From positions 44,983,542 through 45,034,721 of the forward strand of contig NC_068983.1 in the NCBI RefSeq assembly GCF_001194135.2: DNA of 51,180 bases. Direction: 5' to 3'. Made by a program: the position numbers and the translations under genes. This document shows positions 13,089-25,838 of the stretch, in pieces (position 1 is the first letter of the stretch; each line of letters begins with the position of its first letter). Origin of the DNA: Octopus bimaculoides. Lineage: Eukaryota. The notes beneath the pieces are model-generated. The model was not told the DNA's origin. It was given only the letters and a program-made list of their open reading frames with translations, and made no database searches.

Positions 13089-13375
13089 GCATACACATAA
13101 ACAGACACACGCACGGAGATTTTCATACAAGGATACAAAAACATTCTTACATTCGTAAGTATTTCAGCATTCGAACACGCGTACACTCATTCTCAACACC
13201 TCCTCTTTCTCTCTCTCTCTCTGACTCTCTCACACACACACGCGCACGCTTAAAACAAAAGTAAAAATAGGAAACAAAAACAACACATACTACACCTGTA
13301 CTATCACAGACTAACATTCCTGTTGTCACACATACTTATAAATATATATAGACGGATATAAGTATGTGTAAATAC

Positions 13376-13419
<44 letters not shown>

Positions 13420-13500
13420 TTGTGTATATTGTACTAAGCGTGTGGCTACACAAAGTTCTCTGTACTCTATGAGAAAAATGTTTGGTATACATATATATAT

Positions 13501-13990
<490 letters not shown>

Positions 13991-14709
13991 ATATATAACA
14001 TTCCTTTTGTCACACATACTTATAAACGTATATAAATGTATATGTGTATGTGTAAATATATATATTTGTGTGTGTGTGTGTGGTGGGGGTACGTGATTTA
14101 ACTATTTAGATAAACGACTACGAGAAAAAAAATAAAATTCTGGAGATCGATACGACCGATCATGTCCTTTGAAAGCTGTACTCTTTGTGTCCGAAAAGGC
14201 CGTAACACAATCACTGAAACCAGTAACACATACACGCCTCGTACACACTTATATAAGTAAGTATATGTCCTTTAAACTAAACACATACACATGCGCGCAC
14301 GTACGCACACACATATACGCGCGCGCAAACAGACACACACAAACAACCTCCCCCCACCACACACATACACATACACACACGTATAGTACGCGACCAATTA
14401 ATTCAGAACACACAATTACTTGCCAGCAAAGCTAACATCTTCACCACACAGGCTTTTAGGCGCCGTATTTACTAATATTCAATTAGAGGCCAATTTATGT
14501 GACTTTATTAAGACGTCGATTCTCAGAGTGATGGATCTTGTGAGCTCTTGGCTTTGACATTCCTGCCTGTCTTTCTTGCTCATTCCTTGCTTCAAGAAAC
14601 AGTAAACTAAATAAATGATTTGATAACGTGTTAACGGACAAGTGTCAGTGTGTGTATATGTGTATACATGCACACACATACGCGCACACATACTGGTATA
14701 TATATGTGC

Positions 14710-14751
<42 letters not shown>

Positions 14752-14832
14752 CTATCTATATATATATGTATATGTATATATATGTCTATATATCTATATA
14801 TATATATATGTATGAAAATATATGTTTATAGC

Positions 14833-14910
14833 TCATGTCAAACAGTCCAATCCATGCCAGCACGGAAAGCGGACGGTAAATGATGATGATGACGAAGATG
14901 ATGATGATGT
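14833..14910 (+). mobile_element. RTE-type retroposon 3' end with (GAT)n tail
   Basis: CCATGCCAGCACGGAAAGCGGACGGTAAATGATGATG; family assignment is from recall only. Confidence 0.4.
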
Positions 14911-14959
14911 TGGTAATATGTGCGAGTTTTTTTGTTTGTGCATACCTGTCTTTGTGTGT

Positions 14960-15130
<171 letters not shown>

Positions 15131-15203
15131 TACGTTTATACATAGATACATACATACATACATATACATATATATATATACATATCATCTATATATATAC
15201 ACA

Positions 15204-15277
<74 letters not shown>

Positions 15278-15881
15278 ACACATATATATATACATATACA
15301 GAGCGTAGGAGTTGGTGTTGGTAACGATTGCAAAGAAGGTAAGTTTTGGCAGTTCATATAAAGAGTTACGCCATTTATTTTCTTGGCTTTTTTTTTTATA
15401 TATCTCCCCTTTCATTTTATTCTCTCAAAAAGATAAAATTAAACAATTAAACCTTTATTCTTTGACAAGAAGCAGGACAAAGGAGCTTTTTTTTCCCTCT
15501 GTGTGATTACGTCTCTGCTTTTTACCGTGTATTTTAGACTCTATTGCACCTTACTTTCCCTCTCTGTTTGTGCTAATTTTTGTGCGCATGTGTGTGCATG
15601 GAAATATGTTTGTTTGTGTATGCACGTGTTTGTTTATCTGTGTGTGTATGTATGTGTGTGCATGTGTGTGAGAGTGTGAATGCGTGTTATGTTTGTGTGC
15701 GGTTTGCGTTTATTTTAAACTCTACAGTTGCCAGGTGACAGTGTTATCTCTAGTCAAATGTTAGCACTAGCGCCACCAACACCGCCATAATCAGCATCGT
15801 TATCATTTTCAGCGCAAATCGTCCAAGAACTAGCACTACCGCTACCACCGCCGCCGCCGGTACCGCCACCATCGCCACCAT

Positions 15882-15912
<31 letters not shown>

Positions 15913-15973
15913 AATATATGCGTGTGCGTGCATTGGCCACGATGCTTGTTTAATAGTATTTTCAAAATAATAC

Positions 15974-16026
<53 letters not shown>

Positions 16027-16278
16027 CAGCAATAAGAAAATGGAGGTGATCAAGAGGTGGTATTCATCAACTTTTAGACATTATATTATGTCTATTTTTT
16101 AAAAAAACAATTTTAACAATATACATACATGTATAACATATTATGTAAAGCTTAATATGTTATACATGTATGTATGTATATTGTTATAACTGTTTTTTTA
16201 AAAAATAAATAAACAGACAAAGAATATCTAAAAGTTGATGAATGCCACCTCTTGATCCCATCCATTTTCTTATTGCTG
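16027..16278. mobile_element. Foldback/palindromic MITE-like element (about 250 bp)
   Basis: CAGCAATAAGAAAATGG...CCATTTTCTTATTGCTG. The arms are complementary almost to the centre (loop near TGTAAAGCT, about 16144-16152). TA precedes the left end. Confidence 0.85.
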
Positions 16279-18329
16279 CATAAATTAAGGGTAAAACAAC
16301 TTTTTACCCTCACCCATTTATTACATTCAGTAGCGTAATTACCATGCAATGAAAAAAACACTTATGTATTAATAAGTGGGTATTCTACCAGCNNNNNNNN
16401 NNNNNNNNNNNNNNNNNNNNNNNNNNNNNNNNNNNNNNNNNNNNNNNNNNNNNNNNNNNNNNNNNNNNNNNNNNNNNNNNNNNNNNNNNNNNNNNNNNNN
16501 NNNNNNNNNNNNNNNNNNNNNNNNNNNNNNNNNNNNNNNNNNNNNNNNNNNNNNNNNNNNNNNNNNNNNNNNNNNNNNNNNNNNNNNNNNNNNNNNNNNN
16601 NNNNNNNNNNNNNNNNNNNNNNNNNNNNNNNNNNNNNNNNNNNNNNNNNNNNNNNNNNNNNNNNNNNNNNNNNNNNNNNNNNNNNNNNNNNNNNNNNNNN
16701 NNNNNNNNNNNNNNNNNNNNNNNNNNNNNNNNNNNNNNNNNNNNNNNNNNNNNNNNNNNNNNNNNNNNNNNNNNNNNNNNNNNNNNNNNNNNNNNNNNNN
16801 NNNNNNNNNNNNNNNNNNNNNNNNNNNNNNNNNNNNNNNNNNNNNNNNNNNNNNNNNNNNNNNNNNNNNNNNNNNNNNNNNNNNNNNNNNNNNNNNNNNN
16901 NNNNNNNNNNNNNNNNNNNNNNNNNNNNNNNNNNNNNNNNNNNNNNNNNNNNNNNNNNNNNNNNNNNNNNNNNNAAATAAAAGTCTGATTCGGTTTGTTT
17001 CCTGACCTCATTTGTTTTTTTTTTTGTATCATCTATTTATTAATGTATTCATTCAGTCAGTCATTCGGTCATTCATTCAGTTATTCCAAGCGTGTATTAT
17101 TAATATCCATTATCATATTTTAGGTTTATATTTTCTACCAGCTTTTGAATCATTTTATTATATTTGGCTTTAATCCATTATCCCCCAAATTATGTATGTG
17201 TGTATGTATGTATATGTATACACACGCACACATAACCCGTGAAACGGATTATGTTGTATATCTTATATATGTTCATTGAGGAGGTGTGATATGTTGAGTC
17301 GTTAACCCAGCGTTTTTATTCTATAACTATTATTTTTACTCTTGTCTCAATTATTCTGAGCACTTCTCCTTGCAGCCCTGTGTAAAATCTATTGGTTTCT
17401 TAATAAGAAACCATTAATATTATATATATATATATATATGTTTATATACATATACATATATACGTGTGTGTGTGTGTATGTGCGTGTGTTTATAATTTAA
17501 GTCGTGGCGAAAAGCAGAAATACAAATCTCAGTAGTTACTGTAATGAAAGTCTGAATACTGAACATCGAAGGCAGGTAGCTCATCTGGTACACATGCGGA
17601 AGTAAACTCATTTAAGGGCTTTTGCCTACATAGTTTGAAAGAAGCCAAAGCAATAAAGCAACAAAACCAGTAACGATCCACGTGTTTTGATTTCTGAGGC
17701 GGCGTCGCGGTATATGTTGCCAGTAGATGCACATCTGTGACGTTGGAGACAATCGTCACGTTCCTACTTTAACGAGGCAACCGGGAGATCAAAAAATACT
17801 GTCACCTTGTCAGAATGGCAATTACAATAGAGGAGAGAAAAACAAGAGCGAGCGGTCCGCGGTAATATCGGAGTAAGCAGATAGACAGATGGTTTCCTTC
17901 ATGGTAGTACCACCCTATTTTATTTGGAAGGATGGATGGGAAATAGAAGTGCGTTCGATAGTGTGTTAGAGACTTTTGTGCCGGGTTATAAAAAAAATAG
18001 TGCGGGAAGTGATATATCTCACGTGAAAAGGAAACCCTCTTCGATGAAGAAGAATCTATTTTCTACGAAAGGAACGGCCTCTTCTATGAAAAATAGTTCC
18101 AATCTGGTACGGGTGAATCCATTTCCTGTGACGGACAGCCCTCTGTCCGTAAGGAAGAACATATCTTCTTCCAATAGAAATGAACTTTATAGTCCATTTT
18201 AAGGCTTATAGGAACTCAGCGTTACACCAAACATCGGCAACCATGGATCGCATAAGACGACTCACCATCAGACATGGTGCTATACTAAAATATATGCGGT
18301 GATTTTTCGTTTGCGTGCTATTATAATAA

Positions 18330-18360
18330 AGTCCTGCGGGCCGCAGTTTGCCCATGACTG
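18330..18360. mobile_element. hAT (Charlie-like) transposon right end
   Basis: GCGGGCCGCAGTTTGCCCATGACTG resembles typical hAT termini. No partner end or 8-bp TSD was found. Confidence 0.5.
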
Positions 18361-18724
18361 GTAGACCCTATTAAAATGCGCATGTAGTTTTCAGGCAACT
18401 TGTTTATGGAGGAAAAGGTGGGATCAGACTACAATGCACGTAAGAGATATTGGCTAGCTCTCTATAAAGTATTCCAAGTTTGTCATACTACGCTTATTAC
18501 ATACTATGTATGACCAATCAAAAGACAGAGACTATTCATTTCTTCCATACACCGACTAAAGGACTCCTCACGGAACATTCTCGATTTAACAGCAGTGAAG
18601 AATACATAGAAGTGTACTGCTGTTGTGGAGAGGATTTGCATAATGCAGGTCGTGATATGCCTTGACCAATGAATTGTTTTATAGTACTTTTTAGCATTTA
18701 TTCTGTTCAGTTAATTATTTCTAT

Positions 18725-19131
18725 AAATATTCTTTTCTACTCTAGGCACAAGGCCCAAAATTTTTGGTGAGGAGGCCAGTCGATTAGATCGACACCAGTA
18801 CATAACTGGTACTTAATTTATCGACCCCGAAAGGATGAAAGGCAAAGTTGACCTCGGCGGAATCTGAACTCAGAACATAAAGACAGATGAAATACCGCTA
18901 AGCAATTCAGGGGAAATATTCTTTTCTACTCTAGGCAGAAAGCCCGAAAGTTTTGCTGAGGAGGTCAGTCGATTAGATCGACCCCAGTGCGCAACTGGTA
19001 CTTAATTTATGGACTCCGAAAGGATGGAAGGCAAAATCGACCTCGGCGGAATTTGAACTCAGAACGTAAAGACTGGCGAAATACCGCTAAGCATTTCGCC
19101 TAGTGTGCTAACGTTTGTGTCAGCTCGCTGT
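18725..19131 (-). mobile_element. Two tandem family A SINEs (18725-18910 and 18914-19131)
   Basis: Both begin on + with AAATATTCTTTTCTACTCTAGGCA. The first is 5'-truncated. Confidence 0.88.
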
Positions 19132-19249
19132 TTTCCTGCTTTATATATGATATAACGTTTTTTCACCTCATTTCTGGTCTTTTAATTTATTCATTTACTT
19201 TTTGCTTTTTGGTTTCTTTATTTTTGTTTGTTTGTTCCTTCCCACGCAG

Positions 19250-19320
19250 ATTATCTGAGCTTTACTTTTTAATGCAATATTGATGCGCAAAATAGCCCTC
19301 GGTGGCAAATAAAGAGACAA
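19250..19320 (+). other. Candidate terminal exon with polyadenylation signal
   Basis: Long pyrimidine tract ending CCTTCCCACGCAG; early stops in all frames; AATAAA at 19308-19313. Confidence 0.3.
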
Positions 19321-19416
19321 CAACAACAACAACAACAACAACAATGATAATAATAATAACAGCAATAATAACAAATATTACCATTAATATTATTATTGTT
19401 GTCATATTATTGTTTT

Positions 19417-19458
<42 letters not shown>

Positions 19459-19802
19459 GTCGTCATCGTTGATATTGCGTTAGAATAGCTATTAATAACA
19501 GCAATAAAGAAGAAACAACATAAAGAAAGAAAAAAGAATGAAAAGGGGAAACGGGAGAAAATATTTGTCTTTGAAAAGTCAAATATTTTTAATTTGATGA
19601 AAATGCTTCTGTTAACAAAAAGTCAAGCATATAGATTGCACTACTGCAGTATATCAATGCCTGGAGTAGCTTTTCACACAAATATCTATGAATGGAAATG
19701 GCAACAGCAAAAAATTGGCTTTCGCATGAATCAATGTTTGAAATAGCAGGATCCTCTATCCACAAACACGCACGCACACACACACACACACACACACACA
19801 TA

Positions 19803-19860
19803 CTAGCTGACGTACCCGGTAATTCCCGGGAAAGCGGCAATTACCGGGTAAGCCTATCCC
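19803..19860 (-). mobile_element. Helitron 3' terminus
   Basis: On the minus strand, a 12-bp GC-rich hairpin (TACCCGGTAATT/AATTACCGGGTA, 19813-19850) is followed by CGTCAG-CTAG and then T, which fits the canonical hairpin-CTRR end and A/T target. The 5' TC end was not identified. Confidence 0.7.
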
Positions 19861-20106
19861 CTGGTTCCGTTCTCATAACTGTTTCGTTAATCCAATAACA
19901 ACAATACAAAGTATGTAGCCCTTAAAGCGGTTTTTGTGCATTTACAGAGAATACCGAACTGTCTTACACAGGATCTTGTTTTTAGGAATTCCCAATAAGT
20001 TATGAATACTCAAATTGTGAAGTCAGTTATGCAATAACATGAAATTAGTTACCCGATAGTAAGAATTCAAATTAAGTATCCCCGAAAAGGGCTTTACAGT
20101 GTAAGC

Positions 20107-20610
20107 ATGGCCGCTCCACTAGCAATGTGCACCAAAGAAGAACAAAGAGCAGTGATCCGATTTCTCTGGAAAAGGGGTGTACGATCAACAAACCAGCAAT
20201 TCGCAACAAATGCCAAAATCAATTGTCGAAGAAAGTATTGTTATTGCATGACGATGGATCCACACACACGGCCACCTAAACCGTTGAAGCCATTAACCAA
20301 TTGTGCTTTGAGATGCTGGAATACCCCGCCTACAGCCCAGATTTTACCCCTTCCGACTACCACATCTTTGGACCGCTCAAAGATGGTTTACGAAGTCGTC
20401 GATTTCCTACGGATGAAAATGTGAAGGAAGCGGTGCATAAACGGTTGCACGACCAACCGAAAACCTTCTTCGTGGAGGGAATACGCAAAATTGTAGATCG
20501 ATTGACCAATTGTTTTATAGAAAAATGAAGTGCTTGTTTATCCCCTGCTTTTATGTAAATACATTGAAAAAAAAAAAACAAGAGTGCGTATAACTTTTGA
20601 CTCTCCCTCG
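20107..20610 (+). mobile_element. Internally deleted mariner (DD34D) transposon remnant
   Basis: N-terminus MAAPLAMCTKEEQRAVIRFLW is joined to KPAIRNKCQNQLSKKVLLLHDDGSTHTAT*TVEAINQLCFEMLEYPAYSPDFTPSDYHIFGPLK, with 34 residues between the last two catalytic Asp. The right TIR (TAACTTTTGACTCTCCCTCG) is followed by TA at 20611. The left TIR was not found. Confidence 0.92.
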
Positions 20611-20651
20611 TATATATATATATGTATACACACACATATTATGCATACATA

Positions 20652-20777
20652 CAGGGTGTCTTCAAAGACTGGGTACATGAAGTAAATAAAATCATAACAT
20701 AAACAATTAAATATAAGAAATAATAATTTCTTAAAGTATGTCTTAATCCCATGTACCCAGACTTTGTGGACACCCTG
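20652..20777. mobile_element. Tc1/mariner-type MITE (126 bp)
   Basis: 28-bp TIRs CAGGGTGTCTTCAAAGACTGGGTACATG / CAGGGTGTCCACAAAGTCTGGGTACATG (3 mismatches), with TA on both sides. Confidence 0.9.
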
Positions 20778-20902
20778 TATAACATCCTACACACGCACAC
20801 ATACGCGTACATATATATTTATACATATATATGTGTATGTATGAATATTTGTTTTTATGGTAATGCAACATTAAACTGAAAGAATACTTCGTACTTTTTA
20901 GT

Positions 20903-21130
20903 AGAGTACATTGAATCTCCCTGAGACCTACGTTAAGGATACGCGTGTCCATGGAGTACTCAACCACTTGCACGTTCATTTCACGAGCTGGCTGTTCAGT
21001 TGTTCGGATGAACCGAAAGGATGAACGGCAAAATGGACATCGGCAGAGTATGAACAAAGACACGTAAAGACGGACGAAATGTCGCTAAGCATTTTCTCCG
21101 GCATGCTAACGATTCTGCTAGCTCGCTGCT
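20903..21130. mobile_element. Family E SINE 3' tail (+) fused to a family A 5' half (-)
   Basis: 20903-21012 matches the tail of 27375-27751; 21013-21130 is the reverse complement of family A. Confidence 0.7.
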
Positions 21131-21591
21131 TCATAGCATCTAAATACTGGGTCGCAAAACCCTTTTGGCTAGAAAGGGGTCAAAGGCTGCTCGTGGGACT
21201 CGAACTCTCATTTACTGTTGACATGACAAGCACTCTACCAACGGACCAAAGTAATCGCTCGAATTTCTCTGTTCATTTTAGTAACTTCTTTATTCATACC
21301 AGCGGGAATTGTGTGTTATCGACGTCATTGTTTACTAAACCTAGAAAGCGGACAGTTAATCGATATGTAGGTTATAAATAGCAGTTGAGCGAAAAACAAT
21401 TGATCGAAGTAACAGCTGCACAAATCCACAATAACACAAATTACTGTAAATATTGAAGTAATCTCTTAATACAAGGGTTACATAGTAAAATTTTATTGAA
21501 ACATTTTCTTTTACTAAAATGTGAAAAACAGTATATGTATGTATGTATGTATGTATGTACGTATGCATATATTTATGTGTGTGTGTGAGTG

Positions 21592-21687
<96 letters not shown>

Positions 21688-22105
21688 NNNNNNNNNNNNN
21701 NNNNNNNNNNNNNNNNNNNNNNNNNNNNNNNNNNNNNNNNNNNNNNNNNNNNNNNNNNNNNNNNNNNNNNNNNNNNNNNNNNNNNNNNNNNNNNNNNNNN
21801 NNNNNNNNNNNNNNNNNNNNNNNNNNNNNNNNNNNNNNNNNNNNNNNNNNNNNNNNNNNNNNNNNNNNNNNNNNNNNNNNNNNNNNNNNNNNNNNNNNNN
21901 NNNNNNNNNNNNNNNNNNNNNNNNNNNNNNNNNNNNNNNNNNNNNNNNNNNNNNNNNNNNNNNNNNNNNNNNNNNNNNNNNNNNNNNNNNNNNNNNNNNN
22001 NNNNNNNNNNNNNNNNNNNNNNNNNNNNNNNNNNNNNNNNNGCAAACAGTCCAAAATCTGTTGCTTTTCAATTGTAAATATAAGGCTAAAGCAAACTCCC
22101 AGTAA

Positions 22106-22310
22106 TTCTTTAATTCTTTTACTTGTTTCAGTCATTTGACTACGGCCATGCTGGAGCAACACCTTTAGTCGAACAGGACGTATTCTTTGTAAACCTAGTA
22201 CTTATTCTATCGGTCTCTTTGGCCGAACTGCTTTGTCACGGGGACGTAAACAAACCAACATCAGTTGTCAAGTGATGGGGGAGGGACAAGCATAGATACA
22301 GACAGACACA
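22106..22310 (-). mobile_element. Family B SINE 3' half
   Basis: CTTTTACTTGTTTCAGTCATTTGAC tail. Confidence 0.8.
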
Positions 22311-22337
22311 CACACACACACATATATATATACACAC

Positions 22338-22496
22338 ATTATTTACATTATTTACATTTGATGGATATTTGTCATCTTGTTTGTTGTTAACACAACGTTT
22401 CGGCTGATATACCCTCCAGCCTTCATCAGGTGTCTTGGGGAAATTTCGAACCTGGGTTCTCATTCCTAAGGTATTCTTCGATGTTATTATTATTAA
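22338..22496 (-). mobile_element. 5'-truncated copy of the hammerhead-containing element
   Basis: Aligns by eye with 37684-37845. It ends at the (TAA)n linker and has no tRNA head. Confidence 0.8.
22389..22434 (-). ncRNA. Minimal type I hammerhead ribozyme, copy 1
   Basis: Minus strand reads GACAC-CTGATGA-A-GGCTG-GAGGGTATAT-CAGCC-GAAAC-GTT-GTGTT. Core CUGAUGA and GAAA are intact. Stem II is 5 bp (GGCTG/CAGCC) and stem I is 5 bp (GACAC/GTGTT, one G-U). The cleavage triplet is GUU and stem III is loopless and palindromic (AACGTT). An extra A between A9 and G10.1 is a known natural variant. Confidence 0.85.
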
Positions 22497-22634
22497 CACA
22501 CACACATACACACAGAGGTTTCGGCTTGTTTGCCTTCGTCATACAGTGATACATACATTTATACATGTATGTACAATTCCCTTTTGGATCGGATCGCAAA
22601 ACACATCACATAAAGCCATAAGGAACACCATGTT

Positions 22635-22815
22635 AATATTGGTTTCGAATTTTGGCGCAAGGCCAGCAATTTCGGGAGAAACGGTAAGTCGATTACATCG
22701 ATCCTAGTGTTCAACTAGTTCTTATTTTATCGATCCCGACATGATAACAGGCAATGTCAAACTCGGCAGAATTTGAACTAAGAACGTAGTGACGTACGAA
22801 ATGCCGTCAAGCACG
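22635..22815 (-). mobile_element. Family A SINE, diverged
   Basis: CTCGGCAGAATTTGAACTAAGAACGTA core. Confidence 0.7.
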
Positions 22816-22832
22816 TCTTTATATGTTTTTTT

Positions 22833-23403
22833 TATTCTTTCTTTTATTTGTTTCAGTGATTTGACTACGGCCATGCTGGGGCACCACCTTTAGTCGAACG
22901 AATCAACCCCAGGACTTATTCTTTGTAAACCTATTACTTATTATATCGTTCTCTTTGCCGAACTGCTAAGTTACGGGGGCGTAAATACACTAACATCGGT
23001 TGTCAAGCGATGGTGGGGGACAAACACAGACACACATACACACACACACAAACACACACACACACACGCACATATATATATATATATACGACGGGCTTCT
23101 TTCAGTTTCCGTCTACCAAATTCACTCATAAGGCTTTGGTCGGCCCGAGGCTATATTAGAAGACACTTGCCTAAGGTGCAAAGCAGTGTGACTGAACCCC
23201 GAAACATGTGGTTGGTAAACAAGCTACTTACCGCAGAGACGCTCATACATATATATTTACATTTACACACACACACATACGACGGGCTTCTTTCAGTTTC
23301 CGTCTACCAAATCAACTCATAAGGCTTTGGCCGGCTCGAGGCTGTCATGCAGTGGGACTGAACCCGGGACCATACCATGTGCTTCTTACCACAGCCACGC
23401 CTA
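22833..23403 (-). mobile_element. Family B SINE (22833-23240) plus a second 5' half (23277-23403)
   Basis: Collinear with 13501-13990; CGACGGGCTTCTTTCAGTTTCCGTCTACC occurs twice. Confidence 0.88.
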
Positions 23404-23420
23404 TATATATTGATAGAAAG

Positions 23421-23474
<54 letters not shown>

Positions 23475-23805
23475 GGAAAGAGAGAGGGAATTAGAGAAGA
23501 AGACAGAAGTGGGAGCCAGTGTTCTATGTAGGCCAGACCTCCAGTGACTGGGAGAGAGGTCTTTATCATTTCTACTGTGATGCCTGCATGTTGCTATCGT
23601 TGCTGGCTTTCGCTGATGGAATAACCTTAGATATATTCTTCTGTAATTTCTTCTGTTGTTAGTAGCTTTCTTCTATTCTACATCTGTTTTAAAGATTACC
23701 ATTTACTAATAGGAACTGGTCTTTGTAAGATCCTTCAGAAACGAAATACAGCGAAAACGAAAAAAATAAACACGGATTCAGAGGCACACACGCACATATG
23801 AGTAC

Positions 23806-23836
<31 letters not shown>

Positions 23837-23848
23837 TGTATGTATGTA

Positions 23849-23913
<65 letters not shown>

Positions 23914-24977
23914 NNNNNNNNNNNNNNNNNNNNNNNNNNNNNNNNNNNNNNNNNNNNNNNNNNNNNNNNNNNNNNNNNNNNNNNNNNNNNNNNNNNNNNN
24001 NNNNNNNNNNNNNNNNNNNNNNNNNNNNNNNNNNNNNNNNNNNNNNNNNNNNNNNNNNNNNNNNNNNNNNNNNNNNNNNNNNNNNNNNNNNNNNNNNNNN
24101 NNNNNNNNNNNNNNNNNNNNNNNNNNNNNNNNNNNNNNNNNNNNNNNNNNNNNNNNNNNNNNNNNNNNNNNNNNNNNNNNNNNNNNNNNNNNNNNNNNNN
24201 NNNNNNNNNNNNNNNNNNNNNNNNNNNNNNNNNNNNNNNNNNNNNNNNNNNNNNNNNNNNNNNNNNNNNNNNNNNNNNNNNNNNNNNNNNNNNNNNNNNN
24301 NNNNNNNNNNNNNNNNNNNNNNNNNNNNNNNNNNNNNNNNNNNNNNNNNNNNNNNNNNNNNNNNNNNNNNNNNNNNNNNNNNNNNNNNNNNNNNNNNNNN
24401 NNNNNNNNNNNNNNNNNNNNNNNNNNNNNNNNNNNNNNNNNNNNNNNNNNNNNNNNNNNNNNNNNNNNNNNNNNNNNNNNNNNNNNNNNNNNNNNNNNNN
24501 NNNNNNNNNNNNNNNNNNNNNNNNNNNNNNNNNNNNNNNNNNNNNNNNNNNNNNNNNNNNNNNNNNNNNNNNNNNNNNNNNNNNNNNNNNNNNNNNNNNN
24601 NNNNNNNNNNNNNNNNNNNNNNNNNNNNNNNNNNNNNNNNNNNNNNNNNNNNNNNNNNNNNNNNNNNNNNNNNNNNNNNNNNNNNNNNNNNNNNNNNNNN
24701 NNNNNNNNNNNNNNNNNNNNNNNNNNNNNNNNNNNNNNNNNNNNNNNNNNNNNNNNNNNNNNNNNTATATATATATATATATACATATATACATACATAC
24801 ACTTGTATGCATATGTATGAATATATATATATATATATATATTGCAGGAGGTGCAAATGAGGGTTGCTAAATCAAACTCCATTCTTCACCAAGTGCCACA
24901 TATTGTAAGAGGCTCCCTGTAATAACAGTGTAGCAACATGGTGGTGCATCAGCATGGCCGCAGCTCTAAGCTGAAAC

Positions 24978-25016
<39 letters not shown>

Positions 25017-25124
25017 CGATTCTATGCATATGTATGAATGTGTGTATACACACTGGCACACACGCACACAGACACCTCTCTATAAATTAATACATTCATA
25101 TATGCATACACATATACACATACA

Positions 25125-25560
25125 TGACCTAGCGCTTACGGTGTTGCCCTCGCGATTGCGAGATCGCGGTTTCAATTCACGCACCGTATGGTCCGATCTG
25201 ATCTTGGACAAAACGAGAGATTACCCTAAGTCGAAAGACATCTGTCCTGTTTTATTATTTTTATTGTATTCGTGTAACATTGTTCGTTTTCTTCCGTCCT
25301 TGTTTTTGTATACATTCGCTACTTTCTTCCAAGGAATTTCATGCTCTTAGCTTAGTTTTTCCTTGGGGCTGGCCAGATTGGAGCAATATCGAGAATAACC
25401 AGCCGAAATTGCAAAGATAATCTGGATCTCGACTGAAGAGAGAAAACTCCGAATGACCTGTCCGTGTTTTCTTTGTATCGTCTGTCTGGATGTTTTGTCC
25501 CTTTCTTGTATCACCTAACTGTCTGGATGTTTTGCGTCCTTATCCCATTCTGTATTATTT
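25125..25560 (+). mobile_element. tRNA-like head followed by an unclassified interspersed repeat (possibly PLE-related)
   Basis: GGTTTCAATTC B-box-like motif, a duplicated TGTCTGGATGTTTTG, and a CTGAAGA-GAG-AAAA-CTC-CGAAT motif. Confidence 0.35.
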
Positions 25561-25787
25561 ATACACACACACACACACACACACANNNNNNNNNNNNNNN
25601 NNNNNNNNNNNNNNNNNNNNNNNNNNNNNNNNNNNNNNNNNNNNNNNNNNNNNNNNNNNNNNNNNNNNNNNNNNNNNNNNNNNNNNNNNNNNNNNNNNNN
25701 NNNNNNNNNNNNNNNNNNNNNNNNNNNNNNNNNNNNNNNNNNNNNNNNNNNNNNNNNNNNNNNNNNNNNNNNNNNNNNNNNNNNNNN

Positions 25788-25838
<51 letters not shown>

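Noticed and set aside
17924-18202. 92-aa ORF MEGWMGNRSAF...
   Set aside because: Starts at TTG, has no recognisable domain and internal degenerate repeats, and lies next to a hAT end; more likely transposon interior.
25436-25470. CTGAAGA-GAG-AAAA-CTC-CGAAT hammerhead-like motif
   Set aside because: GAAT instead of GAAA and no convincing stem I; kept only as a weak note on the repeat.
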